NCBI GenBank assembly: GCA_051313645.2
Contig: JBNRSN020000011.1
Location: forward strand, 55,118,001-55,182,000
Reading direction: 5' to 3'
From: Centroscyllium fabricii
Taxonomy: Eukaryota
DNA length: 64,000 nt
Shown: piece after piece, positions 1-13,100 of the stretch
Numbering within the stretch: the first letter of the stretch is position 1
Layout of the letters: every line of letters begins with the position of its first letter
Notes under the pieces: generated by a model
Seen by the model: the letters and a program-made list of their open reading frames with translations, nothing else
Told to the model about the DNA's origin: nothing
Databases searched by the model: none
Position numbers and translations under genes: made by a program

Positions 1-511
1 AAGTTTTGTATACGTTAAGAGCACGCTGGCATACGCTGGCATACGTCGTTGTACTCCGAGTAAGTCGAGAAATTTTGAGCATGCACAAAATTTCTCGACG
101 TATCCAGCGTATGACTCACACGTCCGCATACGCTGGCCATAAGTTGTAGGCACGTTAGGCGATCGTCGACACACGTTACTTGTAAGTTAGTCATAAGTCA
201 AAATACGTCGAGATAATGTCTAGCCACGTGAACGTCGGCGAAACGCTGCCGCGCGCTATGCATAAGTTAGACTATCGTTGGGCATAAGTTGTGAACGCCG
301 ACAACACGCTAAGCATTCGTTGGTATAAGTTATCTGTAACTTATTGAAACGTTCTGTGTACATTACTAATACGTTATGCATACGTCCAACTCATTATGAA
401 TACGCTATTATACGCCCAAAAACTGAAAAAAACACAGCGAACGCCAGCGTTTTAGATAAATTTGCATACGTCGGCATGCGCTAGCTAAAACGTCAAGGTG
501 TGACAGGGCCT
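1..511. mobile_element. Right end of a PIF/Harbinger element, same family as 44042-46962, truncated by the window start
   Basis: Ends in GCTAAAACGTCAAGGTGTGACAGGGCCT followed by TAA (512-514), matching the right TIR and TAA TSD of the element at 44042-46962. The subterminal region is rich in CATACG/ACGT motifs. Confidence 0.85.
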
Positions 512-696
512 TAAGGATCAGACGGGAGGCCAACACTAAGTTTCTACGGAGCTTCTTTATTCAGGTCTTATACACTGCCACGCCAAGCCTCAACTGAGGC
601 ATAGCTTAAGATGGCGCCGGCTCCCGCCACTCGGGCGTGACATCAGACGTAAGTCAAGCCCGTGCTGTCTTTACGCCAGTCACAGCTATCCTTACA
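512..696. mobile_element. Probable short solo LTR whose left end was split by the Harbinger insertion
   Basis: Starts TAAGGAT and ends ATCCTTACA, consistent with TG..CA termini and the short inverted repeat TGTAAGGAT/ATCCTTACA. TTTATT at about 556-561 is a poly(A) signal on the - strand. Confidence 0.4.
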
Positions 697-2246
697 TATG
701 CACCCACTGAAACATTCAGGAAACGTAAGGACGAGGATCTGTGCCACTTATGATCTCCGATTGAGGGAGATTGGTCTCCATGTTGGAAAGATATGTTTGT
801 CACAAGTGTAGTAAAAGTGCATGAAGCAGGCCCTTGTGTAACCTGTAACTGAGAGTTAAAACATTACCAGCACATCAAAGAAAGCCAAATAAAAAGGAGA
901 GGCAATAGGAAGATTCCCTGAAAGTTTAAAGGAAATTAATCATTCATTCATCTTAATGTTGTGCAACACCCACCCAAGCCATATATGGAGAATGCTTCAT
1001 AGGCAAAATAAAAAAAGTAAAGTTCTTTTATGATTAAACAATCAAGAAAAATGTCAATGTTTTCCACTTCAACCAGAATTTAAAAAGGTACTTTACTGTA
1101 TAATCCCTGGTCAAATAAATGATTTTTTTTAAAAATTACCTTGCAGGCCTAGAATACTTGAAGGGATTGTCTAACAGGCATTCCGACAGACACCACATTT
1201 ATATCAATTCAGATACAGCAAAATACATGGTAACGTGTTGCTTACATCAGCCCGAGCACAATGTACTATGAAGAACTCTGGGACAGCCAATGACTATGCG
1301 GCCCACACTCACTCAGCTCCTGTGTAGGCCAAGGCTGGGATTATTCAACTTTTCTCTCTTAAAACATACATTTTTTGGAGGGAAAAAAATCCAAACATAG
1401 AAATTGTTGCACTGCGCTGAATCCATTTATTAACCATTCCGTCATTAATAAGTAGATCTTGTCAGGACAGCTCTTTACCCTGTTAAGTCCTAAAATAAAT
1501 CATGTTTCAGCTTTCAAAAAGGGATGGTGCAATTGCTAAAAATAATCTTTGAAACACACTTAATCAGACCCATGCTGAGTAGAACATGGGAATTTCTAGA
1601 CAGGGTCCGTCTAGTTTGCCTTCTACCATTCTGGTAGTCGCACAATACAGCAAAAATGAAGATGTTGATTAATCATATGATAACCTGACTGACTGAATAG
1701 TGCACTTGCAGATAAAATGAAGATACACGAGTACCTCAGAGTGGCTGAGGGTAACCTCATGTAACAGGTTGCATCATACACATCAACCCAGTAGCTAATC
1801 CTTCAATGGAAAATGCCAACACCACCAAACTAAGAAAGCTCCTTCCTTGCTCATAAAGATCCAACTGAAGGTCAATAACTGACGCTCACGATGCTGTTTC
1901 CGGAAATTGAGAATAAGATCAGTCCTTCAATAACAGTTCTGCAGTGGAGTGCAATTAATCTTAAGGCGTACTGTCTTTAAGAAACACAATGTTTGGAAAG
2001 CTTTCTCCTGTTTATTGGGAAAGAGAAGACCCAGAAAAGTGGTTCATTCTGCTCCAACATTGTTATGTGTAACTAATGCAGTGACATATCTTGTCTTGGT
2101 TTACCGTATTGCATCGTGTGTTTTCAATGAATCAAATAAAACAGGCTTGCCAGACATTTTTCCCATGAAGATGATATTCCTTGACAAGCTTACAAAGGCA
2201 GTGGTTAGTTTCTGTAGAACTGGCTTTCTAGGATTAGATCCTGGTA

Positions 2247-2899
2247 CAGGTTGAGCACCGGTAATCCGGCACCCTCGGGACCAACCGGACCACTGAAAAT
2301 TCCGAACCACTGAAGGTTGAAGAAGGGATCGACAACTTACTGATTAGCAGAGATATCTTGTACTTCAGAGTGAGGGAATGGCAGCGATCATTGATGGGGC
2401 TGAATTTGTGGTCAGAGGCTTCCACAAATAAATTGCCCGCCCACCTGGTGGTCCAGGAGGTACGGAGATTCGCGGTCCTGGGACTCTCCGGGTGCTGGTG
2501 GGTAGAGGCCCACGTATCCCGGGGTGCAGGCGGTTCGCGAGCATCCCTGGGATCACGTGGGCCGGCCTAACGAATGAGAGAAGGGAATCCTCATTCATTC
2601 TTATCGGTATTCCGTATGTATGGAAACCCCGTAAGTATGAATTGGAAGACCCTAAAAAATACACCTAGACATCAAATAAATAAGAATAATCACATACTTA
2701 AAATGAATTAAAATGATATTTAATTAAATATTTAAAACAAAAATTTAATTTTTTGAAAAATAAATTTACATGGTTTACAGTGGGAAACGGTGGTGGCGCC
2801 GAGCGGCTGCTCCGCAAACTGCAGACCGCCGATTTCAATTCATGCCGAACCACTGAAGGTGCCAAACCATCGGGTGCTGGATTACCGGTGCTCAACCTG
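2247..2899. mobile_element. Tc1/mariner(pogo)-type MITE, CAGGTTGAGCACCG family
   Basis: TIRs CAGGTTGAGCACCGGTAATCC / GGATTACCGGTGCTCAACCTG, TA on both sides, no transposase ORF. Confidence 0.85.
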
Positions 2900-4567
2900 T
2901 ATTGGTCTTCTTAACAGCAATGTTTAAGCTTTGTCTGCACTCAGCTGTTTTGCATTAGAGGGAGCTTTGATTTGCCTATCATTATTAGTTACTATGCTGC
3001 CTGGAACTAACACTTTGGTTCTGCATCTCAGCCTCTGCAGTCTTAGAGCAAGTTATGCTCCTATTATAGGTTAGCTATACTTGTGTTCCTACAAAATAAC
3101 ATGAATTGTAGCAGTTCAGCTTTTTGCACCAGGTATTAGACCAATTGGAGATATTTTCAAACCATTTGGCTTTCCCATTGGCTGCAGTTGTAACTGAAGC
3201 AAGTTTGAAAAGACACCACTTAGTTCACTCGACCACCTTCGGGTTTCTAATATTAGCAGAGTTGGCAGCCGCATTGGCTTTTCTTCAATACCTGTATTAG
3301 AATTTCATCAGCAGCTGGGGACCAATGAAGAGTTGGACGTTTGGTACAAATGCATAGAGGGTAGCCTTGCCTGACTAGAGGGCGGGGGCTGTAGACTAGG
3401 CTGACCATACAACCCCATTTTCCAGGGACAGTCCCCGGATTAGTTACTGTGTCCCTGGGCAAATATCGTCTCCGGAAGTGTCCCTGGTTCAGGAAACTCA
3501 TCCCCCAATACAGCCATAGTCATTGGTCCACTGGTCGGCAGGAGTTGGGTTTTAACTTTATTTTGGGATAGACTGGAATTAAACACAAATTTTTTAGAAA
3601 CCCAGGGGGGTGCTTCTCGTCCTGTTCGTACCCAGTTTTGAGCTCAGGAACGGAATCCAGGAGCCGGTTGAATGGAGGCCATGATGACAGCTCCAACTTC
3701 CCACAATGCAGCTTGGTGGAGAATAGGCTCAAATGATAGCTCGAGCCACACTGCACTCTGGGAGATTGAGTCACCTGACCCCATATTTTGGCCAATAGTG
3801 ACTGGCCAGAGGGCGGAACCTTTAAAGTGCGTGGGAGAAGCCGAGGGTGCAGTGAGAGCTGGCGAGTGAGTGGATGTATTTTATCTCAGTTCAGTAAGGA
3901 GCATCGTGGGTTTTTTTAAGGAACAAGGCAAGCTCAATTCTCCCACCAGAAAGAGGATTCTGAAATCTTCTGAGACAGAGGATGTTTCACACATTATATG
4001 GAAAATCTCAGTCTGTTTGGAGCAGATTTAAAATTGAGAAATTAAAAGTTAGGATATTCGGGGATGACTATAGTTGGTTGGTACAGCACTATAGCCAGAA
4101 CAAACGCAAGATTCAGGATTTGGTGTACAGTGAAAATGGTGTTGTCTCTACGTGTATTCCACTAGCAGAAGTTCGTCTTGCCGGCCTTCTTGAAAAGCAT
4201 CCTGCCTACTTTGCTGTGCTCCCACACACAGTCCCTGCATTCAGTTTAGAAAATATGGTCACCATACAGTAGACCACTCTGATTCACACACTTTCATTGT
4301 AAATGCAGATATCTGCAACATAGGCAAAGTTCACTTCAGGGGTTAGCAGCCGCTCACTGGCGCAGAAGCATTTTAAATTATTTACTGGGTAATCCCTCAC
4401 CTTGATGAAGAAAGACTGCAATGGAAATCCATTCCTTGTGCACAGGCTGCAGTCACTTTGACATAGAAAAGTTGGTGATTTGTGTTTAGTACTGGGTAGA
4501 TTTGTAACAAGTTACAAATTTTCAACATTTCAGTACCGTCTTCATGTTAGTGTTGGTTCCTTTACAG

Positions 4568-4620
4568 CGGTGAATGTAACAGATCCTACACAATCAACAA
4601 ATGCTGATAGCACATCATCT
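4568..4620 (+). CDS. CRB3: Internal coding exon of a CRB3-like short ectodomain (xVNVTDPTQSTNADSTSS)
   Basis: Acceptor TTTACAG, donor GTAAGT, 53 nt (phase 1 to phase 0). Ser/Thr-rich with an N-glycosylation sequon (NVT). Splices in frame to 5931, like the short extracellular exon of CRB3. Confidence 0.7.
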
Positions 4621-5589
4621 GTAAGTTGATAGATTTAACTTGACCTAATGTTAATATAGTCTATGGTTTCAGTCTAACTCAGCTTTCAAGGTACAATTCA
4701 CAAAAGGATTTAGTAAAAACTGCTTCTGTAACACCGTACAGTTTCATCTTTGAAATCTCAATTGATCTTCCAATTATCACTAATAGGATACTGTTAGATT
4801 AATACCATGATCAATGCTGCAGCTATTAAGAATCCTTTTCAATTAAAATGAAGACAAATTAGTGCAATTATATGCATTATCCTGGTAATGCATCCATGTA
4901 GAAGTACCACTTGAGAGAACCCAACTGCAGTTTTGAAACCTTTCGTGCTTTTGTTGTGGAAATATTTCTGATATAGAAGGGCATGGTTTTCATAACAAGC
5001 ATTGAATTAGATACAAAAATTAATAATTCATTATGCATGAAATATTACATTAGGCTTTAATCTAGAACAAGTCCATTGTGTGATCAGTGTTACATAACTG
5101 TGGAAGCCTGGGTCAGGTGCATACAGATAAGGCAGTGGACTTGTAGTAGTCCAGCAGATCTAGTGATAAAACTGGACTCCATTGATGCTGACCTGGGCTC
5201 AAATTCTAACCTCAGTTGGCCTTGCATCTCAGCTAACCCCCAAATAAAGAGTTTCAGCAATTCTGAACCAGACCACCTTGTGGTTAGTGGAATGGCCCCA
5301 ATCCAGGGGAAGGGTCATATTGCAGCCTGGATAGCGGGCCCGTCAGCTGGTATGCAGTAGATGTTGTGCTGAAAGTGGACATGGGGCGAGTCCACATTAG
5401 ACCACCATCTCGCCACTCTCTCACGTAAGAAAACAACAGGAAGGCAGTTGAAATGAGGATGTAAAAGTGAATTTTTATTTTAAACAACAGGGAAGTTGTA
5501 TGTATTTATAAAAGATGCAAGTTTTCAGAAGTATACTTGTAGTTGGGGGCAGTGGAAACACATGACCTGGTGGCATTGTAGTCATTGAA

Positions 5590-5810
5590 TTATCCAGCTC
5601 AGAAGACGGCTATTCGGCCCAGCATGCCTGTGCCGGCTCTTTGAAAGAGCTCTCCAATTAATTTCACTCCCCTGCTCTTTCCCCATAGCCATGCAAATGT
5701 TTCCTTTTCAAGTATTTATCAAATTCCCTTTTGAAAGGTACTACTGAATCTGCTTCCACCACCCTTTCAGGCAATACATTCCAGATCATCATAATTTTCT
5801 GCGTAAAAAA
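5590..5810 (-). mobile_element. CR1 LINE 3' fragment
   Basis: ORF 5664-5861(-) contains WNVLPERVVEADSVVPFKREFDKYL...GYGERAGE, a CR1 ORF2 C-terminus. Confidence 0.75.
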
Positions 5811-5930
5811 TAAACAAATTGAAAAAAAATGTATTAAGTTGGACTTTTGACTCATAGGCACTGGCTAGATTAAAGTATGTCCAATTTGTGTGAGGCTTTC
5901 TAATAATAAAAATGCGAATTATTTTCACAG

Positions 5931-6152
5931 ACAAATCCGCCACCAAACAAAGTAAACATAGCAGCCATTGTGGCTCCCTGTGTGATTGGTGGGGTGATAG
6001 TTCTAGCTATCATTCTGACTTTTCTAATTCTAAAATTGCGTGAGAAACGTCAGACTGAAGGGAACTACAGCCCAAGCAACCAGGAGCAGACCGGATCTCG
6101 GATGGAAATGAACAATACCCTTAAACTACCGCCAGAAGAACGCCTTATCTGA
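5931..6152 (+). CDS. CRB3: CRB3-like terminal coding segment: TM helix, FERM-binding motif, PDZ-binding ERLI
   Basis: Acceptor TTTTCACAG|ACA, phase 0. Encodes [83 protein letters not shown] and [10 protein letters not shown] match remembered CRB3. Confidence 0.88.
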   Translation, partial: TNPPPNKVNIAAIVAPCVIGGVIVLAIILTFLILKLREKRQTEGNYSPSNQEQTGSRMEMNNTLKLPPEERLI

Positions 6153-6395
6153 TATGTTCAGGCTCTGGGACGCACAAGACTTGGGGTGTTATGGTGGAAG
6201 GAGTAGGAGAAGTCAACAGATCCCAGGTATTCCCCGTGTTACTCAACAAGTTAGGAGGAAGAGAAACGTCACAAAGCTGTGCAACTCCAAGTGTGTGTGT
6301 GTGCACGTGTGTTTTCTTTAAACCACGGCAGCTTCAAAGCTAACCCTGCGTGGGTTATCCTTAAACTGTTTAACCGTTTTGACTCTTGTCGGCAG

Positions 6396-6611
6396 GATGT
6401 GGAAGCCTGGACCTCAGAGATTCTGCTGTATATTGGGTTGGTCACCGTGGCATTGCTGCTCATTTTCTTTCTAGTCCTCACTGCCTCCGTTGTGACCCTG
6501 AATAAAAGAGCAACACACGGGGCGTACAGCCCAAGCCGGCAGGAGAAGGAGGGATCGCGGGTGGAGATGTGGAACATGGTGCACCCACCGCAGGTGGAGA
6601 GACTTATCTGA
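6396..6611 (+). CDS. CRB1: CRB1-like terminal coding exon: TM helix, FERM-binding motif, ERLI
   Basis: Acceptor CTCTTGTCGGCAG|GAT, phase 0. Encodes [71 protein letters not shown], very close to remembered human CRB1 (VTVALLL...[31 protein letters not shown]...ERLI). CRB1 lies tail-to-tail with DENND1B in other vertebrates. Confidence 0.92.
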   Translation, partial: DVEAWTSEILLYIGLVTVALLLIFFLVLTASVVTLNKRATHGAYSPSRQEKEGSRVEMWNMVHPPQVERLI

Positions 6612-8959
6612 ATGAACCCTGAAGCTTGGCAAATCGTTTCTACGGTATGGTGGTATATCATTGCTGTATGTACAGGCCGAGGATGCCATCCAATTCAGCG
6701 TGCCACAAGGAATGCTTTAGCTAGGATTGAAAGTTTTTAAAAGTGCAGTTTAAATCAATTGATTTGCCAAGTTGTTGCCTGAACAGTCCGAAATACCATT
6801 AAAAAATGGCTCCATTTTAATTCTCCCTTTCCGCAAAACTGTCAACAGAAAATGGTTTACAATGCAAGTATGTAATTCACGTTCTGAATATAGAACACGC
6901 ACAAATACAGGAAGAAGATAAAGCATTCAAATACAGGTATACAGAGATGGATGGCCCTAGTTTGGAGGTTTCAGAAAAGGTCAAATGCCCATGTAACAAC
7001 TCCTCCTCTTCATTTAGGGAGCACTTTTAAATTAAAACAAGATTGTAGGCAATGGAGCTTAGAACTCCTCCCTGTGAAATATGGCAATAGAACCAATTGT
7101 TTATAAACATAGGAATAGTGCTAATAACTCTTATCCTTCCTTCTGTGATAGTGGCCTGGAGTTTGCGCTATGTTGCGATTTTTTTTTCAGTGCAAAAGAT
7201 CGCGGAATTTCAAGCGCAACTTATGTCCAGCGCAAATCAAGTTGCCGTGATCTTTTGCACTAGTTTAAAAAAACATCACGCTAGAAGCTGACAGATTTTA
7301 AGTTTGGCAATAGGCAAATGAGTTTGAGCAGAAACTTGGAGGGTGGGGGTGGGGGGGTGGGGGGCTGGGGGGAGAAACACGTCTCAAAACTAGCACAATT
7401 TTGGGCACAATTTGCACCCGGATTGCTGATTGCGCCCAAAGCAGAAACTCTACCCCAGTGTCTTTACTTCTGCACAATTCTAACCTTCAGTTTTGTAAAC
7501 TGCTGAATCTAAACAAACTACAAGTACCATTTCTTGCTCATTATCACAACAAAGCAATACACCGTAACCAATATATTTCAGCTTGACAAAATGGAGAAAG
7601 TATCAGTCTCTTTATGTATGACTGTCTTTTCTAATGTGACCCAGTTATGTCACAAAGTTTCTAACACGTGGCTAGTGGCAGTTCTGGTCACCACCAGGAC
7701 CTAGAGCGCCCACTTAACCCTTTCCTTCTTTGGGAGATTCTGCTCACCAAAACAAGTCAAACCCTTCCTTTTCTAATATAGACAGAGGTGAAACTCGGAT
7801 CGAGTTTAATCCCGAGCCACAATTTTAACCTAAACCGCCCGGCAGGAGCATTCCATGGAGCATAAATTCGGGTGGGGTGTGAAACAGGCGTCTGACACGA
7901 ACCCGCCCTTTTTCCGCCGGGCATCTTAGGTTAAAACCATGGCTCTAGTCTCTTAAAAGAGATGGGAAAACTTTTTGCTTAAATATTTTTACTAACAATA
8001 TTACAAAGTAACTATGCCCAGAGAAGGTATTTTTTGAATCTGATGAAATAAACTGTTCTAGTTACACAAACTATTTCACCAGTTTCCAACTAATTCTTTA
8101 AAAAAAATCAAAGCTCGGTTAATATATAGGACTAAAGCCTTTGTGAAGTGAAAGGTTTCTACCTGGAATGTTAATCCAGATTTTCTCTTTTCAGATGCTG
8201 TTTATTTCCAGCATTTTCTGTTCTTATTTCAGATTCCTAGTGTTTACCGTTGGTCATTCTTTTTAACTCTGAATTTTTACTGACACCAATTTTAACCTAT
8301 ATTGGGACAGATCTGAAGAAAAGTACAACTGATGATGGGGCAAAAGGGAAATTGGCGTCTAATGAATGGAATGAGGATAATTTTTGCCAGATTATGCATT
8401 TTAAACATGTATTTTCAAAATATCCTCTCACCACTTTACCTCTTTCTGTACTGAATATACATTTCAAATTAAATATATGTTCATAACACAAACAAAATAA
8501 ATATTTTCAGTAATCGACTAATGTTAACATTATACAGCATAATTGGGAAAATCAGCTAAAGAATGTTTATCAATTGCTAATGATTTTTAAAAATATTATT
8601 TTCTACTCTTATGCTGAAATGTTATTGGTGTTCTCAAAGGGTTAAAGGTCAACTGCCCACACTCAGATTTTTTCTGCAGCAGCAGCTATTGGCGATAGTA
8701 AATGCTAAGAACAAATGAACATGGAGCGTAGGATCAATGTATTAATTAGAGTGTATATATTTAGAGTGTATTATAGAGTCATTTATAGTCAGGATTAATT
8801 CCAAAGATGCGTGTCTGTGTAAGTTTGACTGCCATTACCTCAGAGTGAGAAGGCAACAATGCTGATGGTATAACACAGCTATTAAAACAAATAACAAGGC
8901 AAAACTAACTAATGATGTATAGCAGTCAAATATCAGATTTCCAACTTGTGCTAATTACA

Positions 8960-10120
8960 TAGAATTTTACAGCACAAAAACAGGTCATTCAACCCAAAAG
9001 GTCTGTGCCAGAGATTATGCTCCACACGAGCCTCCTCTCACTCTCCCTCATCTCACCCTATCGACATAGCCTTCTATTCCTTTCTCCCTCATGCACTTAT
9101 CTAGCTTTCCCTTAAATGTATCTATGCTATTCATCTCAACCACTCCATGTGGGAGCGAGTTCCACATTCTCACCACTCTCCAGAATTCCCTATTGGATTT
9201 GCTATTCCTATTTTATATTTATGACCCCTAGTTTTGGACAACCCCACAAGTGGAAACATTGGGGGGCAATTTTTCCGGAAGGGTGGGAATTGGTCGGGGC
9301 GGCTTCCTGTCCCGCCCGCCCAACCAGCTGGGAAGGCCATGCAATTTTAGGTTAATGAGGTCGTTAAAACCCCGTCGGCGGCAGCGGCAGGTAATTAGGT
9401 GAATCGGGTCGGGCTGCAGCGGAGCTGCGAGCACTTTGAGTGACAGTTCCAGCACTGGTTGTTGTCCGTTCCCATGGCAACACTCCAGTGTGACATCACG
9501 GTGGAGTGGAGCCAATGGGAAAGGCCAAGTGCTGGTGACTGGCAGGTGGGTGGACGGGCTCCGAATCGCTCACAGCTCGCACCAGCTGAGAGGCCATTGT
9601 GAGAACTGAGATTTCTCAGTTTCTGGTCTCAGCTGATATTGAAGGCAGCATGTCCTTCAGACCTTAAAGGAGAAAGTAATACATTCAGGAACTCACACAC
9701 CAGGTTATAGTGCAAAACTTATAAGCAGCGCTGTGCTCCCCCCAGCGGGGTTTAAGGTGGCGGGGTTAAGGTGGAAAACAGCGCAAAATGACTGAGGGCC
9801 CTTAAAATAGCATTAAAAATGGCAATTAAGGGCCCTTAACGAGGTGACAACCCATCCCCGCCGGTTGGCGGTGGGAAGGTTTCGGGGCGGGGAATCTGGG
9901 GGCGGGAAAATGAGAAAGCGGTGGGGCCCGCCGGTTCCGCTATTTTGCTGGCCCGGCTGCCGAAAACCCTGCCTCACGGGGACATGAAAATCCCCCCCAT
10001 TGTCTCTACGTCGACCCTATTAAACTCCTTCATAATTTTGAAGACCCCCATTAGGTCACCTCTCAGTCTTCTCTTTTCCAGAGAAAAGAGCCCCAGCCTG
10101 TTCAGTCTTTCCTGATGGTG
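8960..10120 (-). mobile_element. CR1 LINE 3' fragment split by a MITE
   Basis: ORF 9974-10177(-) has ERLNRLGLFSLEKRRLRGDL..VFKIMKEFNRVDVETM. The frame continues FPLVG across the MITE at 9261-9998. The CR1 3' tail lies at about 8960-9060. Confidence 0.75.
9261..9998. mobile_element. Harbinger-like MITE with 3-bp ATT TSD
   Basis: Termini GGGGGGCAATTTT / AAAATCCCCCCC, each flanked by ATT. Removing the element restores the CR1 frame (ETMFPLVG). Confidence 0.75.
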
Positions 10121-13100
10121 TGTCCTCTCAGTTCTTTTGGCTAACTTGACAATCTCACTCAAAGGGACCACAAGCATGGCTGGTGTGAGAACTTGAATTG
10201 TCCACCTGGAAACATCAGGTGAGGGGGTGAAGTGAGAGCACTCTACTGAGTTAGAGCCAGAGCAGAGGAAGCCTTACTCAGTATCTAGACTTTCTGTACG
10301 TGAGCTGGGAGAGTTTGATGTTGAAATTGGGAGATTAAAGTGAAAAAGTCTTCCATTTACAAGCTTTTAATGAACACAAAAGAAAAAAATTTATAAAGTT
10401 GAAATTTTAGAAGTATGCAGTGGACACACCTACATATTTGTTTGACATGAAGTCAAGAGGATTTAGGGTACTGCAAACTAAATGTAACATGGGCCACAAA
10501 GAAAATGAAACTAGACAGTGAGCAAGTCTTGATCCTGAATGACAGTACTCACAACAGCCATAAAATCAATGATGCCATCTATTTTGTCACAAGACTTTGT
10601 TCTTCAGATATAAATAGGCTAATTTAAAAGGTTATAATCTTGTGAATTAATCCAAAGAATTACCACATTTTTGGAGAGGACCATGTTCTTGACAAAATGA
10701 TTGGCAAACCTTTATTAATCAAAGGATGATGAAATTATGTAAATCATGTTGAAGTGCACCATCACGTCATTTGTGGGTGACATTGTGACCAAAATGATAT
10801 ACAACGTTTTGACTACTTGGCCTCTGCGAATAAAAAGGTATTTGGCAAATGTTTTCTAAAGATAGTGGAATAAAAACAGAAAATGCTGGAAACATTCAGG
10901 AGGTCAGGCAGCATCTGTGGAGAGATGGTTCTTTAACAAACAACTCTCTTGTGCTTTGTTTAAAATGAAACAGTTAAAATGTTTAGTTAAATTAACCAAT
11001 TCCTTTATTTACAAACAAGAAAAAATAGGAACTTAAAATTACGTTAATACATCCAAATTGTTGAATTCTATATCCTTGTGTTGGGGCAGTGTTCTCACTC
11101 CTAAAACTTTCTAAGTGTGTTAGAAAAGTGGGAAATGGCAAACCTGCTTGGATTCTGGTTGTAAGAGTATTTTAATAAATGTACCCAACTCATTGGAATA
11201 TCACTAAAAGCTTTTTGTCTTCTGTTGTGAGCGAAGTGTTTTCAATGTATTAAGTGAAAAAGAAAAATAGCTGTATGTATTAAGTGTATGATTCCTACTT
11301 ATAGCACATTACTTGTCAGTATTACAGAGGTCAACAGTTGCCTGTGACTAAATCTGGTCAATTTAGTGTAAACAATGGACAGAAGCAGTTCCCAAGGTGG
11401 GGCAGGAATAAATGAGTATACTGTTAAATCACCTTGATTTTGGATTAGTGATTGCAGACTGTTTGTTTTATATTTTTTAGCTGATCACGAATAGAAAGGC
11501 ATTTATTTCCACAGTGATTTTCTGAATGCATTGGATTGAAAACGTAGGCCCTGAAATGAAACTGAGGGATACTAGTGCATAAATGTTTAATGTACTAGTG
11601 TCTGAATGGTTAATGTCTATTTTAGGGGAGATATAAATCTATTAAAAAAAACTATACCTATGCTAAAATAACAGGAATTTCAGATAAGCAGACTTAAGTG
11701 TTCAAACACTAGGATTCCACTGCCATGGTTCAAAGGTAAAATATATATGTTTACTTTTTGTTGGGTTTTGTAGTTATATGGCACCTTACTGGAAGATTGA
11801 GATTGTTTTAAGTTTGGTAGTAGCTGTGCTGTTCATTGTCAATTAGTCACATTGTTCAGAAATATTTCAGTCAAGTTAGGATTTCATTAGCCTGTGGTTA
11901 TATAATCTGTATAGAAAATGAGAACAGTGGGCAACTCTTTTCAATCTTTGGCAACAATTTACCAAAGCTGCAATACTGTAAAACAAGTCATTTCTTGTGG
12001 CTGTTGTTCACCAGACTGACATGTCTTTGTATTTTTACATGCTGTTCCATCAAAACTGCTCTACTGACTGTACTTTGATAGTAATATTGGTGTCATTTCT
12101 TCATACATCTGGGCATAGTTTGTCACTATATTTTAACTAGTCATGCAAAGTACGCAATTGAAATCAAAATCCACCATTTCCCCCAAAATGGGTGAACTTG
12201 ATGAACATTATATTTTAAATAGAAATTTATACTAATATATTTTAAACCATTCATGAATCAGTCAGATTGAAAAATGTTCAAACCCAGTGTGATTTTAGGC
12301 ACCAGGCTCCTTACTCAGAGCCTATGATGCAGGGATAACATTTCACTATTCATTCACAAACATCAATCTTAGGGCAAGTCATCTGAGAGAATAGTTCAGC
12401 AGCGGATGGGTTGAAGGAGTATGAAAACATATGTTGAGAAAATATTAATTATTTGGAAAACATTTCTACTGTGAATTTAACTGATACTTTGTGAAGTCAT
12501 GGTCAGAATTAGCAGGGTGATAAATTCTATGTTTAAATGTTCATTTCTATTATACAGTACTTATAAATCTGCCATGATGAGTGCTTTCACTCTAGCAGAG
12601 AAAAGGGGAATATGAAGAGAAACAAGATTTATCTGTTCATGACAGCCAGCTTCTTTCTTGGGGTTTCATCTTTTTGCAGCCACAAGGTAACACACAAGTG
12701 TTTTTTTCTGTAGTATTGTAGGGGTTGTATGGCAGTTTCTGCCCTGGGGTTACATGTTTGAACAGCACCAGCTATGGGACATAATCTTGAAGATAGATCT
12801 ACTGAAATATTGAATTAGGTGCCTTGTGTCATTTCATTGTTTTTGCCTAGTTTTCAGATAGAAATCTTCCATTGTTTATTCATTATTTGTTTATGGGATG
12901 TGGGTGTTGCTGCCCCTCCCTAATTGCTCGAGAAGGTGGTGGTGAGCTGCCACCTTGAACCGCTGCAGTCCGTGTGGTGAAGGTACTCCCACAGTGCTGT
13001 TAGGGATGGCGCTCCAGGATTTTGACCCAGCGACGATATACTAAGTCAGGATGGTGTGTAACTTGGAGGTGGTGATGTTCCCATGCGCCTGCTGCCCTTG

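Noticed and set aside
700-4500. Signal-peptide exon or promoter of the CRB3-like unit, or CRB1 EGF exons
   Set aside because: No hydrophobic leader exon with a phase-1 donor and no Cys-spaced EGF exon were found; they are presumably upstream of the window.
6150-6396. Stop-codon read-through fusing the CRB3-like and CRB1-like tails, which are in the same frame
   Set aside because: An in-frame TAG at 6204-6206 blocks it, and read-through would bury the ERLI motif.
6269-6689. Antisense ORFs (130 aa and 72 aa) and the N-terminal extension of ORF 6279-6611
   Set aside because: These are shadows of the CRB1 exon; the part before the acceptor at 6396 is intronic.
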